A stretch of DNA of 64,000 nt, taken from contig JACREN010000002.1 in the NCBI GenBank assembly GCA_016218255.1, positions 4,029 through 68,028 on the forward strand, given 5' to 3'. Numbering within the stretch: the first letter of the stretch is position 1; each line of letters starts with the position of its first letter. Shown here in pieces: positions 1-9,633 of this stretch. Source of the stretch: Candidatus Gottesmanbacteria bacterium (lineage in GTDB: Bacteria; Patescibacteriota; Microgenomatia; UBA10105; UBA927). Both the position numbers and the translations under genes were made by a program. The notes under the pieces were generated by a model, which saw only the letters and a list, made by a program, of their open reading frames with translations, ran no database searches and was not told the origin of the DNA.

Positions 1-54
1 GTTTGCAAAGTTTTTATTTTTCCGCCGCCATCTGCGGGATACGGATATGCTTGA

Positions 55-1185
55 CTAAGATAGAGTATTTTCCTTTTCATACTTTTTGATAATTTGTTCG
101 AATCGTCTGATAAACCGTTTCTCGGAAAACGTATCAGCCTGTTTCCGACATATTTTTGCATCAAATGAAATTAATTCAAAATCTCGAAAAGCCTTTTTTA
201 ACGACCCAACGGTATAGTCATAAAATAAAATTCCGGTCTTTTCGAAAACAACCGTTTCTCGGATACCGCCGCTTGCGTACGCAATAACCGGCACGCCCTG
301 TGCCATCGCTTCCACCGGTGCCATACCAAAATCTTCATCGATTGCGCACGATAACAGTGCCTTGGCACCAGCATACATGTCAGCCATTCTATTGTCCGGG
401 ACGAAACCACAAAAATGAACCGTCGGACCTGCAATAGATCTTAAACGTCTTTCTTCTGGCCCGGTACCGACAACATACAGGGGAAGCTTCAGGTCATTAC
501 ATGCACGGATTGCCAAATCAATTCCTTTTTGTTTTACCAACCTGGAAACACAAAGGAAATACAAACTCCTTGGCTTATTTAATACCTTAATGGATGGTAT
601 ATGCACCGAAGGATATATGACGATGCTTTTTCGTTTATAATAATTCCATATTCTTTTTTGCACCGTCTTGGAATTCGCAATCAAAATATCAGGACGCTGA
701 GCTCCTTCGAAATCCTTCTTTTTCAACCAGCCAAATAGCGGCGACAGCGCAAACTGAATAAACGGATGCTTCATCCATCGCATTTCATTATATTCGTTAT
801 ATAAATACCTCGGAGGCGTATGAATATATGAAACATGAAGAGTTCTCGAAGAAACCCGGATGGATTTAGAGGAAAACGAATGGGAAGAAGAAATCACCAA
901 ATCATAACCGGACAAATCAAGATGTTCCCAGTACCAAAATAGTATGGGTTTTAGAAAACTCGCGTATGTACTCAAGCGGGGGAAGCTACTCAAAATCGTG
1001 GTCCGGACATCACCGTTCGTTCTTTTTCTGATATCCCACCTATAAGCACGTTGGAGAATGGGAATATACATGTCCGCATCAGGAAACAATCGAAGCAACT
1101 GATACAGAACCCGCTCGGCGCCACCCAGACAAAGCACCGCGTCATGGACAATCGCGATTTTTCTAAATTTTCCATATTGTTTCAT
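55..1185 (-). CDS. glycosyltransferase family 4 (GT-B fold, GT1 superfamily)
   Basis: 376-aa ORF; C-terminal half has GT4 hallmarks (VVGTGPEERRLR; E-x7-E motif EDFGMAPVEAM; QGVPVIA). Confidence 0.8.
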   Translation of the reverse strand: MKQYGKFRKIAIVHDAVLCLGGAERVLYQLLRLFPDADMYIPILQRAYRWDIRKRTNGDVRTTILSSFPRLSTYASFLKPILFWYWEHLDLSGYDLVISSSHSFSSKSIRVSSRTLHVSYIHTPPRYLYNEYNEMRWMKHPFIQFALSPLFGWLKKKDFEGAQRPDILIANSKTVQKRIWNYYKRKSIVIYPSVHIPSIKVLNKPRSLYFLCVSRLVKQKGIDLAIRACNDLKLPLYVVGTGPEERRLRSIAGPTVHFCGFVPDNRMADMYAGAKALLSCAIDEDFGMAPVEAMAQGVPVIAYASGGIRETVVFEKTGILFYDYTVGSLKKAFRDFELISFDAKICRKQADTFSEKRFIRRFEQIIKKYEKENTLS

Positions 1186-1209
1186 ATACTCTTTCCGATC
1201 ATTCCGAAT

Positions 1210-2385
1210 TTATGGAATAATATCCTTTAAAGAATCATATACTGCTTCAGCAAAATATCTGTTCCCTAATGCATTGAGGTGCTTCCATCCAAAAGGAAAT
1301 TGCATTTCTTCAACCCGAAATAACGAATATGCTAAATTATCCGAGTTTATTCCAAGAGCATTCTGACCGATGTAAACCGGATGGCCTTCAGATCGTGTTC
1401 GAAGCGAAAGCAGTGCCGGATCATGAGATTGTGCAATTTTATCATTAACATCAATAAATATCTCACCCACGTTTTTCAATGTGTCGCGAAGTTGAGAATA
1501 TAAACCCACCGACCAGTGACGATAATCTTGAGCTTCATCAAAATACCATTGAAACGGTGCGAGGGTGACCACGAGCTGAATATTCCTCTTCTTCGTTTGT
1601 CGCTGCATTTCACGAATCAGATACTGGATTTTCTGAAACATAGCTTTCCGAACTTCTGTCAATGTTCCTTTTTCCGTACATCCCAACGTTATCCTTCCTA
1701 ATCCGGAAATTCTATTTGGCGCATACACAACAAAATTGGTTACGGCATACTGGAATAACCATTCAGGCATATGACGGATTAAAAGGCCTTGGACATACAG
1801 CGAATTTAGCCATCCCGGAAATTCTAAATAATTATTTCCGATCTTACGAATAAGACATGACTCATTTGCATCATTAATATCATTCATATTGAAATTCCAA
1901 ATAATCATATCTGGACTTTCATGAGAAAGAATTTCTTTTATATAAACATACTCCTGATCCGGACTGTACCCAGATATACCTGCATTATGTACAATAACTT
2001 TTGGTTTTTTCTGATGAAATAATTGCTCAAGTACCGCTGGATACGCTTGATCGTGAATTACTCCCTGACCATAGGTAAAAGAATCCCCAATCATAACTAT
2101 TTCATAAAAACTTTCTTTACCAGTAAGTCTCGGACGGTAAACAAATCGATAACCGTATTGGTCTGTGCCGTCATATTCACTTATGTAAATATTTTTCTGT
2201 ATAGAATAAATTTTGTTCCTGTCAAGTGAAAATAATAGCGATTTCGTTTTACCTACCTCTGTCACAAACGACCACGGCGAAGGATATGGTTCATAATGTT
2301 GTGCTCGAAGTATCAATTCCAGGCACACAAAGCCAACGAGCAAAGAAAGTGCTGTTGATATGGTGAACAACTCCAATCGCTTCAT
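1210..2385 (-). CDS. SGNH/GDSL-family hydrolase (putative glycan O-acetyl esterase/acyltransferase), N-terminal membrane anchor
   Basis: GDS(L) block MIGDSFTYGQGV near N-terminus after a single TM helix; start placed at internal Met (MMKRLELF...) to avoid 95-bp overlap with upstream gene. Confidence 0.6.
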   Translation of the reverse strand: MKRLELFTISTALSLLVGFVCLELILRAQHYEPYPSPWSFVTEVGKTKSLLFSLDRNKIYSIQKNIYISEYDGTDQYGYRFVYRPRLTGKESFYEIVMIGDSFTYGQGVIHDQAYPAVLEQLFHQKKPKVIVHNAGISGYSPDQEYVYIKEILSHESPDMIIWNFNMNDINDANESCLIRKIGNNYLEFPGWLNSLYVQGLLIRHMPEWLFQYAVTNFVVYAPNRISGLGRITLGCTEKGTLTEVRKAMFQKIQYLIREMQRQTKKRNIQLVVTLAPFQWYFDEAQDYRHWSVGLYSQLRDTLKNVGEIFIDVNDKIAQSHDPALLSLRTRSEGHPVYIGQNALGINSDNLAYSLFRVEEMQFPFGWKHLNALGNRYFAEAVYDSLKDIIP

Positions 2386-2395
2386 CATAACTGCA

Positions 2396-4372
2396 TTATC
2401 GCGCGTGTATCCGCCGAATAGCCTTCTGGAAAATTCCTGGGGTTGAGAACGCACCTCCCGATAACACAATTTGACAGTGATTTTTTGCATAGCGATCAGA
2501 TAAACATGATGCTATCACGTCATTTGCAGCCTGGCTATCAAAAAATCTATAGCGATACAATGCTGCAAGCTCTATAGAAAAATAGCTCCAATCAGGAGCG
2601 AAATCCCGCGCAAGGAGCCATAATTTTTTGGTTTCCATTAAGTCTTTATCTATCAAGGAAAGACCAATTAAATACATAAGTTTTGCATATGCTGTTGGAG
2701 TCTTTGCTGCAAAAATATCTGCATTATTCCGCGTATAGAAAGAAGCATACTCCGGAGCACCAAAATCTATACGCGCAATCTTGGTCCGCAACTCTTGTGG
2801 AAGCGCCACCTGACTTAGTCTGTTTATCGCCAAACCAATAACCGAAGGTGATATTGGACGCTTTTCGAATAGGTATTGTATATATTTTATATGATAATCA
2901 ACGTTTATCGGATCCCAACGAATGGCATTCTCATAAAAAGACTGAGTCTCATCTTGTTTGTTGATGCCCATATCGGTTTTAGCAGTTGCATACATCACCT
3001 CCGGGTCGCGGCGGTTTAACCACAATATACCCTTTTGAACCGCGTATGAGGATGCCAGCAATGCATCCAGGGCATTCTGCTTGTAATACGGAGCCGCATA
3101 CCATGCCCACTGCTTTTTTCCCGGCAGAACGCCGAACAAAACACCGGCCATGGAGGAAAGATAAAAGAGCAGCAGCACAAATAGAAACAGTTTTGTCCGC
3201 ATATATTGTGTGCGAGAGTCTAACGAAAATTGCAGAGATACACTGCCGGATGCAAGCCCAAGGCTCGCCCAAAACAATAACCAAATTGAGGAATAATTTA
3301 GATTGAATTCAAATACGCTATACAAAAGAATGAGAACAATCGGAACAAATAGGGGAGACCAAAAACTGCGGCGCAGTGATATACCCAAAATAAATATCAA
3401 AAGCACGGCGCCTACAAAACCCAACTCCACCACTGTCTCCAGCGGAAAACTGTGGGCATACCAGGAATACGTCTGCGGTGCCTCCTGAAGACGCTTAGAC
3501 TGAAGGAAGAACGTCCCGGGCCCGCTGCCAAATAACGGCCGTTCAGCTATCGCCATAGCCGCCTGCCTCCAATAGCCCCACCGGCTGTCCTGAGTGATCG
3601 GCCGCTTTACAATCTGGCGAATAAGCGCATTGGTTGATTTCTCAAAACGAAAAACGTCGTACCGAAGAGAAATGAATGACACAGCCCCAAACAGAACCAG
3701 AAACAAGCAGGCGAAACTAAAAATAACCCGGCGTTCGATTCGGTCGCGGCGCCATAAAAATTGCCCAAGCAAATATACAACAAGAAGCATCCATGCCGCG
3801 CGGGCAAACGTCAGAATCATACCCAATATAAATACTGAAACTATTACCCATCTCAATTTTTTGAAATCGTTCGTAAAAAAAATCAAAGGGAAAATAGGAA
3901 GCAGAAGATCCGCCAAATGATTATGTCCATAGTTGGCATACAAAAGATTCATGAGGGGTAAAAATTCAGCAAACGATGGGAACAGCATAAATACCCACGA
4001 CAACCCAATCGCGATAAACCCGATGGTAATAAGACTTTTCCGGTACCACATCACTGCGCCATCGGAAGCCACCGAATAAAACAGGATAAAAAGGAGGTAT
4101 CCTTCGATATAACGGATAGACGCGCTGACAGAATAGGCAATACTGTCCGAAAATAATGTCCGGCCTGCCATATAGAGAAGCAATACGATCCAACCCCGAG
4201 ATAGGGAGCGGGGAAGCGGACGAATTGTGAAAGACCCTAACGAAGCATACCGAATCGCATAGAGGATCAAGATGCCGAGCGCCCAAAATATGTCGACGAA
4301 CGGCTGTTTCCCGTCACCCACAAGGAGCGATACGGCAAACAAAAGGCAAAAGGCTACGGTCAGTCGTTTCAT
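2396..4372 (-). CDS. O-antigen ligase (Wzy_C) family polytopic membrane protein with C-terminal TPR-like region; candidate O-oligosaccharyltransferase (PglL/TfpO-like)
   Basis: 658 aa, about 10 predicted TM helices; Wzy_C signature RWGYWR...RPLFGSGPGTF...YAHSFPLETVVELGFVGA; C-terminal soluble repeat region. Confidence 0.65.
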   Translation of the reverse strand: MKRLTVAFCLLFAVSLLVGDGKQPFVDIFWALGILILYAIRYASLGSFTIRPLPRSLSRGWIVLLLYMAGRTLFSDSIAYSVSASIRYIEGYLLFILFYSVASDGAVMWYRKSLITIGFIAIGLSWVFMLFPSFAEFLPLMNLLYANYGHNHLADLLLPIFPLIFFTNDFKKLRWVIVSVFILGMILTFARAAWMLLVVYLLGQFLWRRDRIERRVIFSFACLFLVLFGAVSFISLRYDVFRFEKSTNALIRQIVKRPITQDSRWGYWRQAAMAIAERPLFGSGPGTFFLQSKRLQEAPQTYSWYAHSFPLETVVELGFVGAVLLIFILGISLRRSFWSPLFVPIVLILLYSVFEFNLNYSSIWLLFWASLGLASGSVSLQFSLDSRTQYMRTKLFLFVLLLFYLSSMAGVLFGVLPGKKQWAWYAAPYYKQNALDALLASSYAVQKGILWLNRRDPEVMYATAKTDMGINKQDETQSFYENAIRWDPINVDYHIKYIQYLFEKRPISPSVIGLAINRLSQVALPQELRTKIARIDFGAPEYASFYTRNNADIFAAKTPTAYAKLMYLIGLSLIDKDLMETKKLWLLARDFAPDWSYFSIELAALYRYRFFDSQAANDVIASCLSDRYAKNHCQIVLSGGAFSTPGIFQKAIRRIHAR

Positions 4373-4935
4373 TGCTTGGCATTCCGAATGGCAGCAGTCG
4401 TCTGAAATGAAGCGCTCGCGCGGTCGAATTGGTCCGGCGGCGTGCCCTTTTGCGCCAGACTAAAAATAATCGCCACCGTCGCCGGCTGACCTGCCGGCAT
4501 CGTACAGACAAACGTCAGACTGGAAGCATTGCAATCCGCTCCACCGAGCGTCAATGCACTGTCCGTCAGATACTCTGTCGTAGAAGCACTTACGGATGCA
4601 ATACGAGTCACGGTACCGTCCAGGAGACATCCCAAAGAGGTAGATTCGCCATCAGGATTTGTCAACGTGATACTGGACGATGAAGTCCCGCCCTCCGCAC
4701 ACGTCGAGGTCACTTCCGTTGCATTCCGAACAAGCTGATATATTCGCTCGAGAGAAAAATCACCGTTCTGTTTTACATTCTTTAATACTTCTGATTTTGC
4801 ATTGCTTCGGGTCGTGGTAAAAAATACCTGAGAAATCAAAACACCCACGACAGCCACAATGCCGATCGACACCATGATCTCCAGCAGAGTAAATCCCTGT
4901 TTTTTCCATGAATCATGAACATTTTTTATCGCCAT
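4369..4935 (-). CDS. type IV pilin-like (pseudopilin) with prepilin N-terminal cleavage/methylation motif
   Basis: N-terminus KKQGFTLLEIMVSIGIVAVVG (G-1, F+1, E+5) followed by hydrophobic helix; 4-bp overlap with neighbours. Confidence 0.75.
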   Translation of the reverse strand: MAIKNVHDSWKKQGFTLLEIMVSIGIVAVVGVLISQVFFTTTRSNAKSEVLKNVKQNGDFSLERIYQLVRNATEVTSTCAEGGTSSSSITLTNPDGESTSLGCLLDGTVTRIASVSASTTEYLTDSALTLGGADCNASSLTFVCTMPAGQPATVAIIFSLAQKGTPPDQFDRASASFQTTAAIRNAKQ

Positions 4936-5366
4936 CTTGTAAAGTTGGTTGTGAGCTCGCTTTTATGTTCACCCCGGCCGTCATCCCATGCCACTTTCGA
5001 TGCAACATTCATAACCGGATCAACCCATGTAAAAGTAAGGCTTCTTATGTAGATGCTGTCGACATTCACTGGACATACACTATTAGCAGATGCAGTCAGG
5101 ACATTTGTTTTATCCAGACAATAGACACCGCTTTTTTCTGCAAAACCGGTCCACCCGATATTGCGGAGGTTTCTGGCATACTCTATGCCTTCCTGAGAAT
5201 ATTTTAAGGCCAAACTCCTTGTTTTCCCCTCGTTGATATTCCGAAGCGATGCGGTCGTACCGACAATAATACCCGTTACTAACACTGTAACCACGCCAAT
5301 CACGACTACCGCCTCAACAAGCGATTGGCCAGACTGACCGGATGTTTTATAGAAATCCCAGATCAT
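4926..5366 (-). CDS. type IV pilin-like minor pilin
   Basis: N-terminus SGQSLVEAVVVIGVVTVLV (G-1, E+5) class III signal; 146 aa. Confidence 0.6.
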   Translation of the reverse strand: MIWDFYKTSGQSGQSLVEAVVVIGVVTVLVTGIIVGTTASLRNINEGKTRSLALKYSQEGIEYARNLRNIGWTGFAEKSGVYCLDKTNVLTASANSVCPVNVDSIYIRSLTFTWVDPVMNVASKVAWDDGRGEHKSELTTNFTRWR

Positions 5367-5829
5367 TTATGTCTCCTCCGGTTGAAACCTGTATGCGGTA
5401 TGATTTTACAATTCCGACCATTGTAATCGTTACCGCATCGCTTGAAAGCAGTCCCCGGGTTAACACGCCATAAACAAACGAGGCGGGCACAGGCGAAAAC
5501 GTAATTCCTGAGGGCAACGCGGTAGAAAGCGCATCTCCTACGGCGCCTTCTGTGCACTCTGCAACAACCGTATATGTCGAATCCGTAAATTGTACGGTAT
5601 ATCCCACAAGCTCAGTGCACCCGCTGGTTGGTTTTTTCGATGAAGCGGCAAGCGTCTGGGCATAACGAAGATTATTTTTCATCGTCAGGGCTGCCTGCTT
5701 CAAGCGCTGATTATCATTGTAATTATTATAATTAACGATAAGCCCGCCAACCGCAAGAAGTGAAATACCGATCGTCACGATAAGCTCTATGAGAGTAAAC
5801 CCAGAACGAGATGCAAAAAGCCGCTTCAT
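5347..5829 (-). CDS. type IV pilin-like minor pilin
   Basis: N-terminus RSGFTLIELIVTIGISLLAVGG; 160 aa. Confidence 0.75.
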   Translation of the reverse strand: MKRLFASRSGFTLIELIVTIGISLLAVGGLIVNYNNYNDNQRLKQAALTMKNNLRYAQTLAASSKKPTSGCTELVGYTVQFTDSTYTVVAECTEGAVGDALSTALPSGITFSPVPASFVYGVLTRGLLSSDAVTITMVGIVKSYRIQVSTGGDINDLGFL

Positions 5830-6266
5830 GGACTCTTGACCCCGAAATTATGGGCTGGGGTCTGCGATGCATCAGGGGTGCAGCTGTTACTTGCGGGCGT
5901 TTCTGCTTCAAGGTACGCGCTTACACAGTAGCCGTAATAACTGCCTCCCGAAACATCAGTTGCTTTATACCGGTATACATAATCGGGATCTTTTGGGTCT
6001 GCTGGGATAGACGGCATGTAGGTAGCCACTAAATCAGCACTTAAATTAGACATATCCGTCCAGCTACCGGCCCCGGTACTGGGATAATACCCATTGTCGG
6101 TTCGGTACATCTCGATAGCCGACCGGATCTGCTCGACGTCGCTTTTCCGCTTTGTATCACGGGATCTACGGTTTACCGATCCATACGATACGATACCTAT
6201 AGCAGTCAATATTGCGATAATAGATATCGCAACCAATATCTCCATGAGGGTAAATCCTTTTTTCAT
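5826..6266 (-). CDS. GspG/PulG-like pseudopilin
   Basis: MKKGFTLMEILVAISIIAIL...RDTKRKSDVEQIRSAIEMY (T2SS-G-like N-domain). Confidence 0.75.
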   Translation of the reverse strand: MKKGFTLMEILVAISIIAILTAIGIVSYGSVNRRSRDTKRKSDVEQIRSAIEMYRTDNGYYPSTGAGSWTDMSNLSADLVATYMPSIPADPKDPDYVYRYKATDVSGGSYYGYCVSAYLEAETPASNSCTPDASQTPAHNFGVKSP

Positions 6267-6268
6267 AA

Positions 6269-6712
6269 TTACTGAGCGCTTTTGACGCAGTACAACCCCG
6301 TGTATTCACTTGGTGCTGCGGCAGCTGCACAGTCCGTCACCTCATTGGCTTCTCCCTCAAGACCAGCACAAACACAAAAACTTGCAGCACTACAACTGCT
6401 CCATCCCGTGACCGTTGTGTAATCTGTTCCGCTCTTGGGATCAGTCGGCATACCGTTTGGCAAATATGTCACCGCCAGAGTGCAGGTAGCCGGATATGAT
6501 CCTTTATTGTCTGCATAATACTGCTCAAAACCATTCTGCACTTCCTTCAGATCGTTTTTTCGTCTGTTATCACGCGCCTTCTTTTGCCCTGTGGTATACG
6601 CCGAAACTGCGATCGAAACTAAAATCGCAATGACCGATACCGCCACCAATAATTCCATAAGACTAAAACCTATAGAATGTTTCCCCACCATGCGAGTATT
6701 TGAGTTTTCCAT
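6269..6712 (-). CDS. GspG/PulG-like pseudopilin
   Basis: GFSLMELLVAVSVIAIL...ARDNRRKNDLKEVQNGFEQYY; start moved to internal Met so it does not run into pilD. Confidence 0.7.
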   Translation of the reverse strand: MENSNTRMVGKHSIGFSLMELLVAVSVIAILVSIAVSAYTTGQKKARDNRRKNDLKEVQNGFEQYYADNKGSYPATCTLAVTYLPNGMPTDPKSGTDYTTVTGWSSCSAASFCVCAGLEGEANEVTDCAAAAAPSEYTGLYCVKSAQ

Positions 6713-7413
6713 AATATGGTGATAACGGTTCCTAAAATCAAAAAAGGACCGAATGCAACCCGGCTTTTCCACGTTTTATGTCTAGCTTTCATCAGTATGA
6801 CACCCACTCCAGCGCCCGTCAAGAACGCTGCATACAGCGCCACAACGATGCCTGGATACCCCAAAAGCAGCCCGAGCAGAAACACAAGTTTTACGTCTCC
6901 CAGTCCCATTCCTCGTCCGCCAGTCAATAACCAAAGAAGCAGAAAGAACACGGACGCTCCAAACGCGGAAATCCAAAAAACCTGCGCATGACGGACGTCA
7001 AAAACCGACCCAAGAAGACCTACTCCGATAATCCCCACCACCACCATACTGTCCGGAATTATTTGATATTTAAGATCTGCAAAAAAAATAACAATCAATG
7101 AGCAAAAAATAAGAACATATGCTGATAATTTGGTAATCGAATCAGCAAAATAAAAAAACAGCAATGCGAAACCAACACCAGTCAAAAGTTCAATGGCGGG
7201 ATACTGTAGCGAAAGCTTTTTGTGACACCGACGGCACCGGGCGAGCTGGATCACAAACGATACGATTGGAATAAGTTCGTACCACCGGAGCGTTTTTTTA
7301 CAATGATCGCAATGTGACCGACCATATACCACAGATTGCCCCTTTGGTAGCCGGTCGATAAGGACATTAAGAAATGATCCTATACATAACCCAAATAATC
7401 CTGCCAACCACAT
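6670..7413 (-). CDS. pilD: prepilin peptidase (A24 family) PilD
   Basis: N-terminal Zn-binding CIGSFLNVLIDRLP...SHCDHCKKTLRWYELIPIVSF, multi-TM A24 core. Confidence 0.85.
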   Translation of the reverse strand: MWLAGLFGLCIGSFLNVLIDRLPKGQSVVYGRSHCDHCKKTLRWYELIPIVSFVIQLARCRRCHKKLSLQYPAIELLTGVGFALLFFYFADSITKLSAYVLIFCSLIVIFFADLKYQIIPDSMVVVGIIGVGLLGSVFDVRHAQVFWISAFGASVFFLLLWLLTGGRGMGLGDVKLVFLLGLLLGYPGIVVALYAAFLTGAGVGVILMKARHKTWKSRVAFGPFLILGTVITILWKTQILAWWGNIL

Positions 7414-7443
7414 ACATATATCATACCATGATATACTTCAGCC

Positions 7444-9633
7444 ATGAAACGCGATGCATGGGCGCTTCTTGTCATATCTACGTGTGCAGCCGCATTTTTT
7501 TTCCGGCTGTTCTGGCCTACACCTCTTCTTCTCGTCACACCTGATTTCGGCAGAAGTGATGCATGGCATTTTACCTTTGTCACTAAATTCCTCTTGGGAA
7601 AAAATCTGACTGGGGGAGCACTCCCTATCTGGATACCGGAGCTTGGACGCGGATTTCCGCTTATGGCTGAAGGGCAAACAGGGACATTTTATATTCCTAA
7701 CGTGCTTCTTTACCGATTTTTGGACAGCGTGACCGCATACAATGCATCAATTCTTCTGACAATTCTGTTTTTGGGGTGGGGTATGTATATGTGGGTTCGC
7801 AGAATGAACTGGAGCCGGATCGCCGGATTATTTGCTGCTCTCTCGCTTATGTTTTCCGGCATGACACTGTCGCAACTCCCACATGGCGCGCTTCTTCAAG
7901 GCATAAGCCTTCTTCCGTGGGTACTCTACCTAACACTTCGCCTTTTTCAAACTAAATCCCGTTCTGCAATAGCTATTTGGGCTTTTATCTACTCCCAGCA
8001 GTTGCTTACCGGGTTTCCCCAAGCAGCATTTATCACTATCCTTTTTTCGTTTGCTTACGGCGCATGGCTTCTTCAGGAAAGCTCAACCAAAACAATGGAC
8101 AGCATACGGTTTCTACTCGCATGTGCTGCATCGCTGGGTCTCTCCGCGGTTCAGATTCTGCCGTCATGGGAATTTTTGAATCAGACCACGGTCGCCGGAG
8201 GCATGACTTCGGACGTATCCACATATTTTTCCTACCCGATCAAGCATCTGGCGACGCTCTTGGAACCATTTTTTTTGGGCAATCCAAAATTCGGTACCTA
8301 TCCACCTTTTTTTGCATTTGACGGAAGCATTTTCTGGGAAAACGTCGGCGGCATTGGATGGATTCCTGTTAGTCTCGCCATTATCACCATGATGAAATTC
8401 AGATCCAAAAATATTGCTTTTTTTGCTCTGTCTGTACCGATATCGCTTCTTCTTATGCTTGGTAAATATTCTCCGCTATACCTGGTCTATTCATTTTGGC
8501 CGTTTCATTTATTCCGTGTCCCTTCACGGTTTATTTGGATATTTGTTCTCTCAATCATCATGATTGCATCCTATGCCATCCACCGGATTTGGCGAAACGG
8601 GCGGATCCAAAAAATCGGCGTTCTGGCTGCTATTACTCTACATACCGCAATCTTAACAAACACCTGGTTCTCCTACCAAGCATTTGAACCCGCACACCTC
8701 TGGCTCACACCTCCTGAGGCAATTTCAAGACTACCGAATGATCCAAATATATTTACAGTCGGCTCGGAACCAATACACAACCAATCCTTTCTGACAAACG
8801 GATGGAAATCTATGAAACCCTATACATCACTTCGTAACAGCCTTGCCCCAAACAGCAGCAGCATATGGGGCATCACTTCTGCCAATGTCTACGCGGGTAG
8901 ATTTCTACGGCGACCGAGTATTCTGGCAGAATTCATTGACCATGAGTTTCCCGTCGATAGCCGGGAGGCCACACTCTCAGCGGTGGGGAAGAAGCTTCTA
9001 ACAATATCAGGCATTACTTCAGTTATCGCGGCGGTTCCGCTCACGCAATCTGAACCACCATATCTGGAAAAAATCACAACCCATGACACACTGACCCTCT
9101 GGAATAATCCTGAAGCTGTCCCCAGAGCCTATTTAGCCGACCGAGTCCATGTGGCAACGACCAAAGAGAAGGCATTCGGGATCTTACGCCACGAGGATTT
9201 TATTCCCGGCAAAAGCGTTCTTTTAGAAGACCCCATACATGTGGGCCAAACTACGGATAAGCCAACCGGAACAGCTCAAATAACCGACCGGTCAAACACA
9301 ACACTCACCATATCCGTGAAGGATAACAATCGAGATACAGTTCTCATCGTAACCGATACGTACTATCCCGGCTGGAAGGCGATACTCGACGGATTTGAAG
9401 TGCCTATATTTCCTGCAAATATCCGCCAACGGGGAGTCATCGTACCACCGGGAAACCACACGATACAAATGCGCTATGAACCAAAGAGCCTATTTTTGGG
9501 ATTTGCTATCAGTGTGGTGACGCTCTTACTTCTTGTTATCTTAATGGTGTTTCTTCCTTCTTCTTCAGATCCTCATACTCTTGCAACAGATGCTTCGCCC
9601 GGCCCGCATCGCCCACACAGTCGCGCATCGTGA
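7444..9633 (+). CDS. YfhO-family polytopic membrane protein (GT-C-like glycosyltransferase)
   Basis: 729 aa, about 13 TM helices followed by C-terminal extracytoplasmic domain; YfhO-like architecture. Confidence 0.55.
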   Translation: MKRDAWALLVISTCAAAFFFRLFWPTPLLLVTPDFGRSDAWHFTFVTKFLLGKNLTGGALPIWIPELGRGFPLMAEGQTGTFYIPNVLLYRFLDSVTAYNASILLTILFLGWGMYMWVRRMNWSRIAGLFAALSLMFSGMTLSQLPHGALLQGISLLPWVLYLTLRLFQTKSRSAIAIWAFIYSQQLLTGFPQAAFITILFSFAYGAWLLQESSTKTMDSIRFLLACAASLGLSAVQILPSWEFLNQTTVAGGMTSDVSTYFSYPIKHLATLLEPFFLGNPKFGTYPPFFAFDGSIFWENVGGIGWIPVSLAIITMMKFRSKNIAFFALSVPISLLLMLGKYSPLYLVYSFWPFHLFRVPSRFIWIFVLSIIMIASYAIHRIWRNGRIQKIGVLAAITLHTAILTNTWFSYQAFEPAHLWLTPPEAISRLPNDPNIFTVGSEPIHNQSFLTNGWKSMKPYTSLRNSLAPNSSSIWGITSANVYAGRFLRRPSILAEFIDHEFPVDSREATLSAVGKKLLTISGITSVIAAVPLTQSEPPYLEKITTHDTLTLWNNPEAVPRAYLADRVHVATTKEKAFGILRHEDFIPGKSVLLEDPIHVGQTTDKPTGTAQITDRSNTTLTISVKDNNRDTVLIVTDTYYPGWKAILDGFEVPIFPANIRQRGVIVPPGNHTIQMRYEPKSLFLGFAISVVTLLLLVILMVFLPSSSDPHTLATDASPGPHRPHSRAS

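Noticed and set aside
2979-3306. Overlapping antisense ORFs inside the Wzy_C gene, and similar embedded ORFs throughout (e.g. 198-434, 990-1175, 1516-1853, 12212-12849, 17916-18580, 47935-48957)
   Set aside because: They are fully contained within better-supported genes, on the opposite strand or in another frame. Their composition is low-complexity (Arg/Ser/Pro-rich) and they have no start context. They are treated as frame-shadow ORFs.
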